Source: Squalus acanthias | Lineage: Eukaryota | Length of the DNA: 64,000 bases | Direction of reading: 5' to 3' | Assembly (NCBI GenBank): GCA_030390025.1 | Contig: CM059432.1 | Coordinates: 10,416,001-10,480,000, forward strand | In this document: one piece after another, positions 1-12,160 of the stretch | Numbering within the stretch: the first letter of the stretch is position 1 | Layout of the letters: each line of letters opens with the position of its first letter | Position numbers and translations under genes: made by a program | The notes under the pieces: model-generated | What the model was told of the DNA's origin: nothing | Databases searched by the model: none | The model's input: only the letters and a program-made list of their open reading frames with translations

Positions 1-255
1 TCAGTTTTGAAATTTTCAATTGACCCCCCCAGCCTCAACAGCTTTTTGGGGGGAGAGAGTTCCTGATTTCCACCACCCTTTGTGTGAAGAAATGTTTCGT
101 GACATCGCCCCCTGAACGGCCTGGCTCTAATTTTAAGGTTATGCCTTATTCTGGACCTCCCCACCAGAGGAAACAGTTTCTCTCTGTCCACCCTATCAAC
201 TCCTTTAATTGTCTTATACACTTCAATTAGATCACCCCTTAATCTTCTATACTCA
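1..255 (-). mobile_element. CR1 LINE 3' region fragment
   Basis: Reverse complement resembles the CR1 RT C-terminal region (LFPL..., FTQRVV-like motifs) seen in the intact copies of this window. Confidence 0.7.
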
Positions 256-574
256 TATTAAATATGTACAACTTGGAACAAGAAAAGTCTGAACAGCTGA
301 ATTTTCCTACAGGTCAGTGTTGGAACCCGACAGACAGTCAACAGTTAACCCTACACAAACCCCAACTCTGAACATGCATTGAAACCAGTTACTGTGGAAG
401 ATTTGTGGAAGCAACATGAAATGATATCACTGGTCAGAAAGCCAGCATCTCGAGATCAACTCACAACTTTGAAGTGATTGAAGTGGGTGGAGACAGAAGG
501 CTGCTCTGTGTCAACTGGGTTTTGTCAGAAATTAATCTTCGCTTCGCGATGGTCTAATATCGGGAACGGTGGCA

Positions 575-935
575 GAGAACGGTTATGTTACTGGACTGGT
601 AATCCAGAGACCTGGACTAATGATCCGGAGAAACAAGGGTTCAAATTCCACCACAGCAGCTGTGGAATTTAAATTCAGTTAATTAAATAAATCTGGACTA
701 AAAAGCTAGTGTCAGTAATGGTGACCATGAAACTACAGGATTGTCGTAAAAACCCAACTGGTTCACTAATGTCCTTTAGGGAAGGAAATCTGCCGTCCTT
801 CCCCGATCTGGCCAATATGTGACTCCAGACCCACAGCAAATGTGGTTGACTCTTAACTGCCCTCTGAAATGGCCTAGAAAGGCAATTAGGGATGGGCAAT
901 AAATGCTGGCCACATCCCGTGGACGAATTAAAAAA
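575..935 (+). mobile_element. tRNA-derived SINE with a 3' tail shared with the L2/Crack-like LINE
   Basis: B-box-like GGTTCAAATTCC at ~638; tail GGCAATTAGGGATGGGCAATAAATGCTGGCC also ends the LINE fragment at ~16970-17000; A-rich end. Confidence 0.75.
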
Positions 936-1431
936 AACTGCTGAAATTTATAGTTTAATCGCTAAATGTAGCTGTCCAGAGAACAACTGAGAGATATAAC
1001 ATTCCCATTTTATTCCGAAAACCAAGAAGGTCTCCCAGTCAAAGTACAAGCCTAGTCTGTGCAACCTGTCCTCATTATTTAACCCCTTCAGCTCTGGGCA
1101 ATGTCACTCAAACAATGAATTATAATAGTTGACTAACAATAGCAACCAATAATGAATCGAACAATTAGCTGCCTGAGTTTTAAAATGACGCCATCTGCTT
1201 TACTTGTCCCTGATGTTTCAATAATAGCAGTCGGGAAAATGAAAGGTAGGCGGAATGGTTAGGGGATAGAAAGCAACCGTAAAAAAAACCCGAACAATAT
1301 AACAAAGCAAAGAAACAGAAGGGCAGCGTTAGATTAGAAAAGAATGAGACATGAGACTGACCGACTCTGGAAATGGATGAATAGCCGTGGCACTGAAAAA
1401 AGTAAAAGAAAGAAAGACTTGCCTTTATATC

Positions 1432-3290
1432 ACAATCACTATCACTAGAGAAAAAGTACTAGTCAAACTTATGGGTCTAAAGGCTGACAAGTCCCCTGGA
1501 CCTGATGGCCTGCATCCGAGGGTCTTAAAAGAAGTGGCTGCAGAGGTAGTGGATGCATTGGTTGTAATCTTCCAAAATTCCCTCGACTCTGGAAAAGTCC
1601 CAGCGGATTGGAAAACCGCAAATGTAACGCCCTTCTTCAAAAAAGGAGGGAGACAGAAAGCAGGAAACTATAGGCCAGGTAGCCTAACATCTATCAAATG
1701 CTAGAATCCATTATTAAGGAAGTAGCAGCAGGACATTTAGAAATTCAAAATACAAACAGAGTCAGCATGGTATTATGAAGGGGAAAAATCATGTTTGACA
1801 AATCTATTAGAGTTCTTTGAGGAGCTAACGAGCAGGGTGGATAAAGGGGAACCAGTAGATGTGGTGTATTTGGATTTCAAAAAGGCATTCGACAAGGTGC
1901 CACATAAAAGGTTACTGCATAAGATGAGAGCTCATGGTGTTGGGGGTAATATATTAGTATGGATAGAGGATTGGCTAACTAACAGAAAACAGAGGGCTGG
2001 ATTTTGCCAATGGGGAGCTTTTGGAGGCGGGACTCCCACTTGTCAGGTTTTTGTCCCACATCCATCGACTTCTGGCCAACCCACGCTATTTTCCCAGCGG
2101 GCTTAGCAGGCCAATTAAGGGGAAGCCGGTTATAGAGAACGTCAGCGTATGACATTTCATCTGTGAGATGCGAGACTCTCCGCGTCCCCAACGATTGAAG
2201 CCTGCAGGAAGAAACAAAGCTAAGTAAACATTTTCTATCACTTTCCACTCACCTCACATACTTACCTCTCCACACTTGCACCCATCACTTAACTTCACAG
2301 CGCACTTTTGCACCCCTCCGACCCCTGCAGACCTACTGCTCGCCTCGGTGACCCTGGCGGGGTTCGCAGCCTTCGGGGAGCCCGCACTTGTGTGGGTAAA
2401 ATGGGGATAATCCTGTGAGGAGGAATAAAGAGTCTGCAAAGGGATATAGATAGGTTAAGTGAGTGGGCAAGAATTTGGCAGATGGAGTATAATGTGGGTA
2501 AATGTGAAGTTATCCACTTTGGTAGAAAGAATAGAAAAGAAAAATATTATTTAAATGGAGAAAGACGACAGAATGCAGAGGTACAGAGGGATCTGGGGGT
2601 CCTCATACATGAAACACAAAAAGTTAGCATGCAGGTGCAGAAAGTAATTAGGAAGGCAAATGGAATATTGGCCTTTATTTCAAGGGGGATGGAGTATAAA
2701 AGTAGGGAAGTCTAGCTACAACTGTACAGGGCGCTGGTGAGACCACACCTGGAGTGCTGCGTGCAGTTTTGGTCTCCTTATTTAAGGAGGGATATACTTG
2801 CATTGGAGGCAGTTCAGAGACAGTTCACTAGGTTGATTCTTGGGATGGAAGGGTTGTCTTATGAGGAAAGGTTGAGCAGGTTGGGCCTATACTCATTGGA
2901 GTTTAGAAGAATGAGAGGTGATCTTATTGAAACATATAAGATTCTGAGGGGGATTGACAGGGTGGATGCTGAGAGGATGTTTCCCCTAGTGGGGGAATCT
3001 AGAACTAGGGGGCATAGTTTCAGAATAAGGGGGTCGCCCATTTAAGACGGAGATGAGGAGGAATTCTCTACCCCAGAGAGCTGTGGAAGCTGAGTCATTA
3101 AATATATTCAAGGCTGAGATAGACAGATTTTTGAGCAACAGGGGAGTTAAGGGTTATGGGGAGTGGGCAGGAAAGTGGAGTTGAGACCAAAATCGGATCA
3201 GCCATGATCTCATTAAATGGCAGAGCAGGCTCGAGGGGCCGAATGGCCTACTCCTGCTCCTGCTCCTATTTCTTATGTTCTTATGTTCTT
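1432..3290 (+). mobile_element. Degenerate CR1 LINE ORF2 (RT) and 3' UTR, interrupted at ~1994-2412
   Basis: ORF pieces KSPGPDGLHPRVLKE, TNLLEFFE/VVYLDFKKAFDKVPH, RPHLECCVQFWSP; stops and frameshifts; (TTCTTATG)n tail. Confidence 0.95.
1994..2412. mobile_element. Truncated non-autonomous PIF/Harbinger-like element
   Basis: Colinear with the left part of the TTA-flanked element at 54768-55573, with internal deletions; starts GGGCTGGATTTTG. Confidence 0.7.
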
Positions 3291-3291
3291 C

Positions 3292-3727
3292 TACAGCACC
3301 TTTCACGACCATCGGACATCCCAAAGCGCTTTACAGCCAATGAAGTACTTTTGAAGTGTAGTCACTGTTGTAATGTAGGAAACGTGGCAGCCAATTTGCG
3401 CACAGCAAGCTCCCACAAACAGCAATATGATAATGACCAGATAATCTGTTTTAGATGTTGATTGAGGGATAAATATTGCCCAGGACACTGGGGATAACTC
3501 CCCTGCTCTTCTTCAAAATAGTGCCACAGGATCTTTTACGTCCACCTGAGAGAGCAGACGGGGACCTTGGTTTAACATCTCACCCGAAAGACGGCCACTC
3601 CGACAGTGCAGCGCTCCCTCAGTATTGTCAGCCTAGATTTTTGTGCTCAAGTCATTGGAGTGGGGCTATGAACCCACAAACCTTCTGACTCAGAGGTGAG
3701 GGTGCTACCCACTGAGCCACTGGCTGA
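3292..3727 (-). mobile_element. Deu-domain SINE (SacSINE1/AmnSINE1-like)
   Basis: Reverse strand has a tRNA-like head and the Deu core GAGGGAGCGCTGCACTGTCGGAG...GTCTTTCGG; matches copies at 30082 and 33945. Confidence 0.85.
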
Positions 3728-4319
3728 CAGTAAGCGTGACAAAACCTCTGTGGTTCAGGTGAGTAGCTGCTGTTGCATGTCGATGATTCCGAAAATAGTT
3801 AGTTGCACATTGCAACAGCACAGTGCGGCGTAACTGATGATACTCTCATAGAACCAGTCGCAAGGGGGAGGCTCGTTCGCTTTAACAGGAGTTTCCTGAG
3901 CTCTGAATGAGAGGGACATAGAATCATAGAATGACACAGCAGAGGAGGAGGCCATTCTGCCCATCGTGCCTGTGCCGGCTCTTTGAAAGAGCTATCCAGT
4001 TAGTTCCACTCCCCTGTCATAAAACTGAATTACGCATGATGTTCACATGCCTGTCTCTCTCTCTCTCTCTCTCTCGCATCGAGACAATTTTACAAAGTGA
4101 AAAAAATTAAACTTTGCCGCATGATTTCGGCATTAATTCTCCGCGCATATTTCCAGTGTGTGCAGCTGGTGGAAGCTTGTAACTGGCCCTCCTGCACAGA
4201 GTGACAAGCTCCCCCGCAGTCAATCACATCCTGTATTGGGCATTTTCCTGGGGGAACGCTTCAGATTGTTTTCGCTCAGCGGACGCTCTGGAAACAGCAA
4301 CTCACCTTTCAATTCGACT

Positions 4320-4742
4320 CACCTTCCGAACTCAATATTAAGTTCAACAACTTCAGATCATAATCACTGCTCCCATTTTTTTCGGACAGCAGGTTTATGT
4401 TGATGATGCTGCTGTTGCCATTTACACCTCCTCCAGACCCATCTTTTGTTTCTTTACTTGTCCCATTACCATCTTCTTTTGCCTTGCACCATCATCCCTT
4501 TTGTCATTTAATCTCTCCTGCCTCCCATCCTATCACCGACCTTCCCTCCCCCTTTCCCTGCCTCTGCACTTACTTATAAATTGTTACATCTCTCACTTCT
4601 TCCAGTTCTGACGAAGGGTCATCGACCTGAAACGTTAACTCTATATCTCTCTCCACAGACGCTGCCTGACCTGCTGAGTGTTTCCAGCATTTTCTGTTTT
4701 TATTTCTGATTTCCAGCATCCGCAGTAGTTTGCTTTTATTCA
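4320..4742 (+). mobile_element. Penelope-like element (family B): ORF C-terminus and pseudo-LTR
   Basis: Encodes PSELNIKFNNFRS*, resembling a PLE ORF end, followed by a pyrimidine-rich UTR and a hammerhead motif. Confidence 0.75.
4604..4640 (+). ncRNA. Minimal type I hammerhead ribozyme motif (PLE family B)
   Basis: AGTT-CTGACGA-A-GGGTC-atc-GACCT-GAA-ACGT-T-AACT: stem I AGTT/AACT, catalytic core, stem II, palindromic ACGT stem III. Confidence 0.8.
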
Positions 4743-5199
4743 GATTATTGTAGATTAAGAGTCCTTAAATGTTTCTTCTCACAAATTGCAGCATAGAAAC
4801 GCATACCATGTGCTTAAAGCATGGTCTGAATCAGAAATTGGAACTAAAGCTTCCTCTCTTGTGGTAGAAGGCTTTATTAATGAAGTGGAGAGGAGTTTTC
4901 ATGTTATCCAAGCCTTGTACAGCGAGTATCTCTCGAATGACGCTGCCTAGGAGACTCACACTACGAGGGTGAATGCAACTGACCCAAGTAAAAGAGCAAA
5001 TGATTCACAGCCTGACCTGATCTGACAATAGGACAAATGAGTTGTCAGACCAAGTGTTCGGTTGAGACCTCAAACCTTCGGCAGGCTTTCCGTCACAGTT
5101 CACCGAGCTACAAAGGGGCCTAAACTCGACAACACGCCTGAAAAAACGGGCACAACGATAACCAAAGAAGCAGGGCCGAGGCCCAGGCCCCATCTGCAC

Positions 5200-5707
5200 A
5201 GGCGATGCAACGAAGGTTCACTAGATTGATCCCTGGGATGAGAGGGCTGTCCTATGAGGAGAGATTGAGTAGATTGGGCCTATACTCTCTGGAGTTTAGA
5301 AGAATGAGAGGGGATCTCATTGAAACATACAAAATTCTGAAGGGGCTTGACAGGGTAGATGCTGAGAGGTTGATTCCCCTGGCTGGGGAGTCTAGAACTA
5401 GGGGGCATAGTCTCAGGATAAGGGGTCGGCCATTTGAGACTGAGATGAGGGGGAATTTCTTCACTCAGAGGCTTGTGAATCTTTGGAATTCTCTACCCCA
5501 GAGGGCTGTGAATGCTGAGTCTTTGAGTATATTCAAGGCTGAGGTCGATAGATTTTTGGACTCTCGGGGAATCAAGGGATATGGAGATCAGGCGGGAAAG
5601 TGGAGTTGAGGTCGATGATCCGCCAGGATCTTATTGAATGGCGGAGCAGGCTCGAAGGGCCGTATGGCCGACTCCTGCTCCTGATTCTTAAGTTCTTATG
5701 TTCTTAT
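5200..5707 (+). mobile_element. CR1 LINE 3' fragment
   Basis: QRRFTRLIPGMRGLSYEERL...GKWS*, 3' UTR hairpin, (TTCTTATG)n tail. Confidence 0.95.
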
Positions 5708-6047
5708 AGGCGCTCGGGCCACTGGTGAATTGGTCGGGGGCTTTTCTTTTCTCGGTGACCCTGGCGGATGCCTGAAATAAGTGCGGGCCTCATTTCAATA
5801 TTGAAATAAGGCTCCTGCGCCCTGTCAGACTGCCACTCCTAAATTCGTTTGGACTAGTCGGAGCTCCAACTCATATTTCTGGGCCTGGAGTTGCCTCACC
5901 GGCGGTCCTTAAAGGTCACCGCTGGAGGTCACTCAAAAGGAGACCACAAAAAATTTGCAAAAATGTTGCAAAAGAGCAGGAATGTTCCTCCTTGGTCCAC
6001 ACAACAACTGCGGGAGGCTGCCACTCTCCGAGATAGGTCGTGAGCAG

Positions 6048-6680
6048 TAGAATCATAGAATGATACAGCGCAGAAGGAGGCCATTCGGCCCATCGTGCCT
6101 GTGCCGGCTCTTTGAAAGAGCCATCCAATTAGTCCCACTCCCCTCCACTCTTTCCCCCATAGCCCTGCAAATGTTTCCACTTCAAGTATGTATCAATTTC
6201 CTTTTTGAGAGTTATTATTGAATTTGCTTCCACCACCCTTTCAGGCAGCGCATTGCAGATCATAAAACTCACTGTATCATTTGTTTTTCCTCCTGTCACC
6301 TCTGGTCCTTTTGCCAATTACCTTAAATCTGTGTCCTCTGGTTACCGTCCTATCTACCAGTGGAAACAGTTTCTCCTTATTAACTCTGTCAAAAACCTTC
6401 ATGATTTTGAGCACCTCTATCGAATATTCCCCTTAACCTTCTCTGCTCTGAGGAAAACAAACCCAGTTTCTTTAGTCTCTCCACGTAACTGAAGTCTTTC
6501 ATCCCTGGTACCATTCTGGTAGATCTCCTCTGCACCCTCTCTATTGCCTTGACATCCTTCCTGCAGTGTGGTGACCAGAATTGGACACAATATTCCTGCT
6601 GGGGCCTAACTAGTGTTTTATAAAGGTTTAGCATAACTGCCTTGCTTTTGTACTTTATTCCTCTATTAATAAAGCTGCAG
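6048..6680 (-). mobile_element. CR1 LINE 3' fragment
   Basis: LNLYKTLVRPQQEYCVQFWSPH; ATTCTATG-type tail. Confidence 0.9.
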
Positions 6681-7324
6681 ACGATCTCTGAGGCCTTGAC
6701 ACAGCCAACCTCTGTCGACAACCAGGAGACCTGCTTGGGTTATGCGACTGGCTTTCAGGTCAGACAATCGGCCAGAGTCAGGGGGCACATCCCCATGGCG
6801 GGCGGAAGTCCCACCAGCTGCACCTCTCCGGTATAACAGCCGAAGGTGATTACAGGCCACAAGGCCTAGTTCAAGCTGTTGGAATGAGCAGCTTATTTCC
6901 ATGGCCAAGAGCCACTCACAGGCAAGGAGATGCCCCTCAGTTTGGATGGACACTCTAGATAGATGGAGGGAGCATGTTCTCTGCTGCAAGCCTCAAAGGC
7001 CTGCATCAATTCCCAGCAGGTTCTGAGAACTTCTAGCTGTTGTCAAACAACAGCAGCCAGGTCACCTCCAGCCCGGCCATTCCTCCTTACTGGCCAAGTT
7101 AAGGTGTAAGGTCCCAAGAGGTTGCTAGCAGTTCCCAATCAGATCCTCCAATCTGAAGGGGTGGGCCTCAATCTCCAGTGCCCGCTTTCTCTCGGTGATG
7201 CACTTTTTGCACGTTTGCCAGGCAGAAACGCAGAAAAGTGACACGGAGGCATTTCGACATCACTCCCACACCATGAACATAAAAGTTAAACGCTCCCGAC
7301 CGTTCCAAGCGGGAGTTTCCCACC

Positions 7325-7570
7325 TCACTAATAAATCCAATCGGGTATTCAGGAGAAGCTTCTTCACCCAGAGAGTGGTGAGAATGTGGAACTCGCTCCC
7401 ACAGGGAGTGGTTGAGGCGAATGGCACAGATGCATTTAAGGGGAAGCTGGATAAGTACATGAGGGAGAAAGAAGGTTCTGCCAATAGGGTGAGATGAAGT
7501 AGGGTGGGAGGAGGCTCGTGTGGACCTGTTGGGCCGAATGGCCTGTTTCTGTGCAGTAAATTCTATGTAA
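7325..7570 (+). mobile_element. CR1 LINE 3' fragment
   Basis: FFTQRVVRMWNSLPQGVVEA...LDKYMREK; tail ATTCTATGTAAT. Confidence 0.9.
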
Positions 7571-7934
7571 TGATGGGAGATGCGCCAGAAAATGTATGTC
7601 ACACATAATGGGCCTTTGCTCCAATTCCCTCTGCCTATCGCCCAAGAACTAGCCACTCACGGGATGTTAGCTAATGGCACCATTAACTTAAGAATACAGA
7701 TAACTACATCAAATAAGGGAAGCTAGCTAGGCAAAGGTGACTGCCATGGAAAAAGTGCTATCCCTGGACAGTTTAGTATATTGGCTGCCTCATGGGCCAC
7801 AGAAACCAAAGAAACTCTATGGGCCAAATTCTTCCTGCCCAACACGGGTGCAAGTCAGTCAGAGCTGACATCACCTTAATCTTCTCCAGCACCAACATGA
7901 ATCCTGTTGGCCTTGTAGACCAAGACTTAGAGGA

Positions 7935-8540
7935 GTTATGCTGAATCTTTATAAATCGCTGGTTAGGCCACAACTGGAGTATTGAGTCCAGTTCTGGTCA
8001 CCACACTTTAGGAAGGATGTGAAGGCCCTCGAGAGGGTGCAGAGGAGATTTACCAGAATGGTTCCGGGGATGGGGGATCTTAGCTGCAAGGATAGGTTGG
8101 AGAAGCTGGATTTGTTTTCATTAGAGCAAAGGAGGTTGAGGGGTGATTTGATAGAGGTGTACAAGATTATGACGGGTTTGGATAGGCTAGACGGGGAAAG
8201 GCTGTTCCCACTAGTTGATGGTACAAGGACTAGGGGACACAGATTTAAGGTTTGGGGCAAAAGATACAGGGGGATGTGAGGAAAAACTTTTTTACGCAGC
8301 GAGTGGTGATGACCTGGAACTCGCTGCTGATGGAAGCGGTGGAAGCGGAGACACTCAATGTTTTCAAGGGGAGACTGGATAGGCACTTGAAGGAAATAAA
8401 CTTGCAGGGCTACAGGGATAGAGCGGGGGAATGGGACTGACTGGATTGCTCTACAGAGAGCCGGCACGGACTCGATGGGCCGAATGGCCTCCTTAAGTGC
8501 CGTTATGACTCTATATATGACTCTATGACTCTGTGACTGT
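7935..8540 (+). mobile_element. CR1 LINE 3' fragment
   Basis: ALERVQRRFTRMVPG...RLRGDLIEVYKI; (TGACTCTA)n tail. Confidence 0.9.
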
Positions 8541-9675
8541 ATGGCTAAGGTCACTTACCTTGTGACTGGCAGTTTGACGGAACCCAGGCCCATTTCAGAT
8601 CCTCCAGTCTGAGTGAGGCTAGGCGCAAGGTGTAGCACCTGCTTCTTCTGAGTGCCCTTCCCAATAGATGCCTGCCCAACACACGAGGGAGAAGGCACCA
8701 TTAGTGCCCTTCCACCTCATTTGCATGGCTGACCCATGCGCCACCCCCCCGCCCCCCCCCCCCGCCCCCTTCGAGGTGTCTGCTGGGCACCCGTGTGTCT
8801 TCCACTTATTCCTCTTCTTTCCACCTCGGAACCAAGTGTTTCCCAGACGGATAGGAGAGGGAAGCTGCCCCAATCTTGTCCCAGCTGCAGCTCGCTGGAG
8901 ACAAACTTTTAACCCACGTTACATTGTCCAACCAGTCACATAAAAATGACATAATACAAAAATGTTCCCGTTTGAGGCACAATGGTTTCCATCACAGACA
9001 CATCACCTACAATATATCTCCTTCCTAACAAAGACACAGTGACAATTATATTTGAAATGATTGCACAGAGCCAATCCTATTTGAAATAGGAGCATTGATC
9101 TAGTGAGGCAATGTGGGCAGTGAGAGATCCCCTTTCCTCTTGAAAAACAAACACAATAAATTGCCCTCCTGCCTGAAGTCTTTGACATTGGCCAAGGGCT
9201 CTTATTGGCCCACGATGGCAATGCAAAGAAGGAATATTGCCCAATGTTAAAACTCTATAAGCATAGGCCTCCAGTCCTTAAATATTTGGACAAGTGCAGC
9301 CTAGAATGTTAATATTAATAATGAAAGTATAGGAATTCAGAGTATTGGTAATTTTATATCTACTGAGGCCTAATAATACTACATTTGTTAATTCTGAACA
9401 GTATATTACTCAATTGTCAGCTGGACTTCAGACCCCAATCAGGGCATCCCACACTCAATGGCCCCAATATTAACGGCAGGGCCTCATTAGAATATTGTTG
9501 GGCCACCTCCTACCTGGCAGCTGGCCAAATGGACAGCCTGGCCGCCGGGAGGAGTAATTAGCAGAGGGAGGCCGCAGCCAGGGACCCAAGGGGATGACCT
9601 CCAGTACTCGAAGGGAGCAGCTTCTCCAGGCTCGCGATCGGTGTGGGGTGGGGGGTGGGGGGGGCACGGAAGAGG

Positions 9676-10100
9676 GCTGGAGATCGAGGCCGGGGGGAGG
9701 CTGGAGATTGGGGCTGGGGGGAGGTTGGAGATTGGGGCTGGGGGAGGTTGGAGATCGGGGCTGGGGGAGGTTGGAGATCAGGGCTGGGGGAGGTTGGAGA
9801 TTGAGGCTGGGGGGAGGCTGGAGATTGGGGCTGGGGGGAGGCTGGAGATTGGGGCTGGGGGGAGGCTGGAGATTGGGGCTGGGGGGAGGTTGGAGATTGG
9901 GGTTGGAGAGAGGCTGGAGATTGGGGCTGGGGGGAGGCTGGAGATTGGGGCTGGGGGGAGGCTGGAGATCGGGGCTGGGGGGAGGTAGGAGATTGGGGCT
10001 GGAGAGAGGCTGGAGATCGGGGCTGGGGGGAGGTTGGAGATTGGGGCTGGAGAGAGGCTGGAGATCAGGACTATTGAGGAGGCTGGAGGTCGGGGCTGGA
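9676..10100. repeat. G-rich minisatellite, 24-bp unit GCTGGAGATTGGGGCTGGGGGGAG, about 17 copies
   Basis: Direct inspection; produces the periodic GGWRLGLG / RLEIGAGG translations. Confidence 0.95.
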
Positions 10101-10289
10101 GGAAGAGCAGAATGCTCCCGGCAGGTATCAGGACTGGGTGCAGGCTGGAGATCGGTGGGGTGGGAGGCTGGAGTTCAGGTCTGGGGGAAGCCAAAGGCTT
10201 CTTTGTGAGGCCTGGGGGGAGTGCCCCTGACCTACAAAAGAGCAGATATTTAGCACATAACTTCAGGAGTCAGCAGATCCCGCCTCGGA

Positions 10290-10520
10290 TCAGAAGAGCA
10301 AGGGAGTTTTCCCGGTGTCCTGGGCCAATATTTATTTCCTCGACCAACATCACTAAAAACAGATTATCTGGTCATTATCACATTGCTGTTTGTGGGAGCT
10401 TGCTGTGTGCAAGTTTGCTGCTGCGTTTCCTACATTACAACAGTGATGGCACTTAAAAGGTGCTTCATTGGCTGTAAAAACACTTTGGGATGTCCTGAGG
10501 TCGTGAAAGGCGCGATAGAA
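10290..10520 (+). mobile_element. Deu-domain SINE 3' half
   Basis: AAACAGATTATCTGGTCATTATCACATTGCTGTTTGTGGGAGCTTGC shared with the full copies. Confidence 0.8.
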
Positions 10521-10704
10521 ATGGAAAATGAAATCCAAGTCACAATAGATCAGATTTTTAGCAACTTGGAAGGACTTGAAATACTGACCAGCAAAGAGCC
10601 TCCAAACAGATGGCAGAATGCCAAACTTCAAGTGAATCAACTGAAAATTGTTCTGAGGTTGTGAAATGCGTTATATAAATGCAAGTCTTCATTTTTTATC
10701 TATA

Positions 10705-12160
10705 TATGAAAGTCAGCACAGATTTGTTAAAGGCAAATTGTGTTTGACTAACTTGATCGAGTTCCTTGATGAAGTAACGGAGAAGGTTGATGAGGGTAGT
10801 GCGGTTGATGTTGTGTATATGAACGTTCAAAAGGCCTTTGTCAAAGTGCCACATAATAGACTTGTTAGCAAAATTGAAGCCCATGGGATTAAAGGGACAG
10901 TGGCAGCATGGATACGAAATTGGCTAAGGGACAGAAAGCAGAGAGAACGGTTGTTTTTCAGAGTGGAGGGAAGTATGCAGTGGTGTTTCCCAAGGGTCAG
11001 TGTTGGGACCACTGCTCTTTTTGATATATATTAATGGCTCGGACATTGGGTCTACAGGGCATAATTTCAAAGTTTGCAGATGATACGAAACTCGGTAATG
11101 TAGTGAACAGTGAGGAGGAAAGTAACAGACTTCAGGAGGACGTGGACAGACTGGCGAACTGGGCAGACATGTGACAGACAACGTTCCCGCTGCGCTGCGC
11201 GGCCACACGGCCTGGAGATCCCGTGCAGGCCGCTCACCGGTTTTTATATGGAATAAACCGCGCATGCACGAAAATTTGAATGGGCCCGCAGCCAGTTAAA
11301 GGGACCGCGCACGAAGAAACAAATTAGAGGGAACATTGGTGGTGGATGAAATTTAACGCAGAGAAATATGAAGTGATACATTTTGGTAGGAAGAATGAGG
11401 AGAGGCAATATAAACTAAAGGGTACAATTTTAAAGGGGGTGCAGGAACAGAGAGACCTGGGGGTGTATGTACACAAATCGTTGAAGGCAGCAGGACAAGT
11501 TGAGAAGGCTGTTAAAAAAGCAGACGGGATCCTGGGCTTTATTGATAGAGGAATAGAGCACAAAAGCAAGGAAGTTTTGCTAAACCTTAATAAAACACTG
11601 GTTAGGCCCCAGCTGGAGCATTGTGTTCAATTCTGGGCACCGCACTTTAGGAAGGATGTCAAGGCCGCGGAGAGGGTGCAGAAGAGATTTACCAGAATGG
11701 TACCGGGGATGAGGGACTTCAGTTACCTGGAGAGACTGGAGAAGCTGGGGTTGTTCTCCTTAGAGCAGAGAAAAGTAAAGTGGAGATTTAATAGCGGTGT
11801 TCAAAATTACGAGGGATGTTGATAGAGTAGGTAGGGAGAAACTGTTTCCACTGGCAGGAGGGGCAGTAACCGGAGGACACAGATTTAAGATAATTGGAAA
11901 AAATCCAAGGGGAAATGAGAATTTTTCTTTTACGCAGCGAGTTATGATGATCTGGAACGCGCTGCCTGAAAGGGCGGTGGAAGCAGATTCAATAGTAACT
12001 TTCGAAAGGGGAATTGGAGAAATACTTAAAAAGGAAACATTTGCAGACCTACGAGGAAAGAGCAGGGGGGGCAGTGGGACTAATTGGATCGCTCTGACAA
12101 AGAGCTGGCACAGGCACGATGGGCCGAATAGCCTCCTTCTGTGCTGTAAGATTCTAAGAG
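10705..12160 (+). mobile_element. Degenerate CR1 LINE RT and 3' UTR, with a GC-rich insertion at ~11180-11345
   Basis: CLTNLIEFLDEVT, KFADDTKL-coding DNA at ~11070, LVRPQLEHCVQFWAPHF. Confidence 0.9.

Noticed and set aside
9594..10208. Periodic GGWRLGLG / PPAPISSL ORFs
   Set aside because: Products of the 24-bp minisatellite
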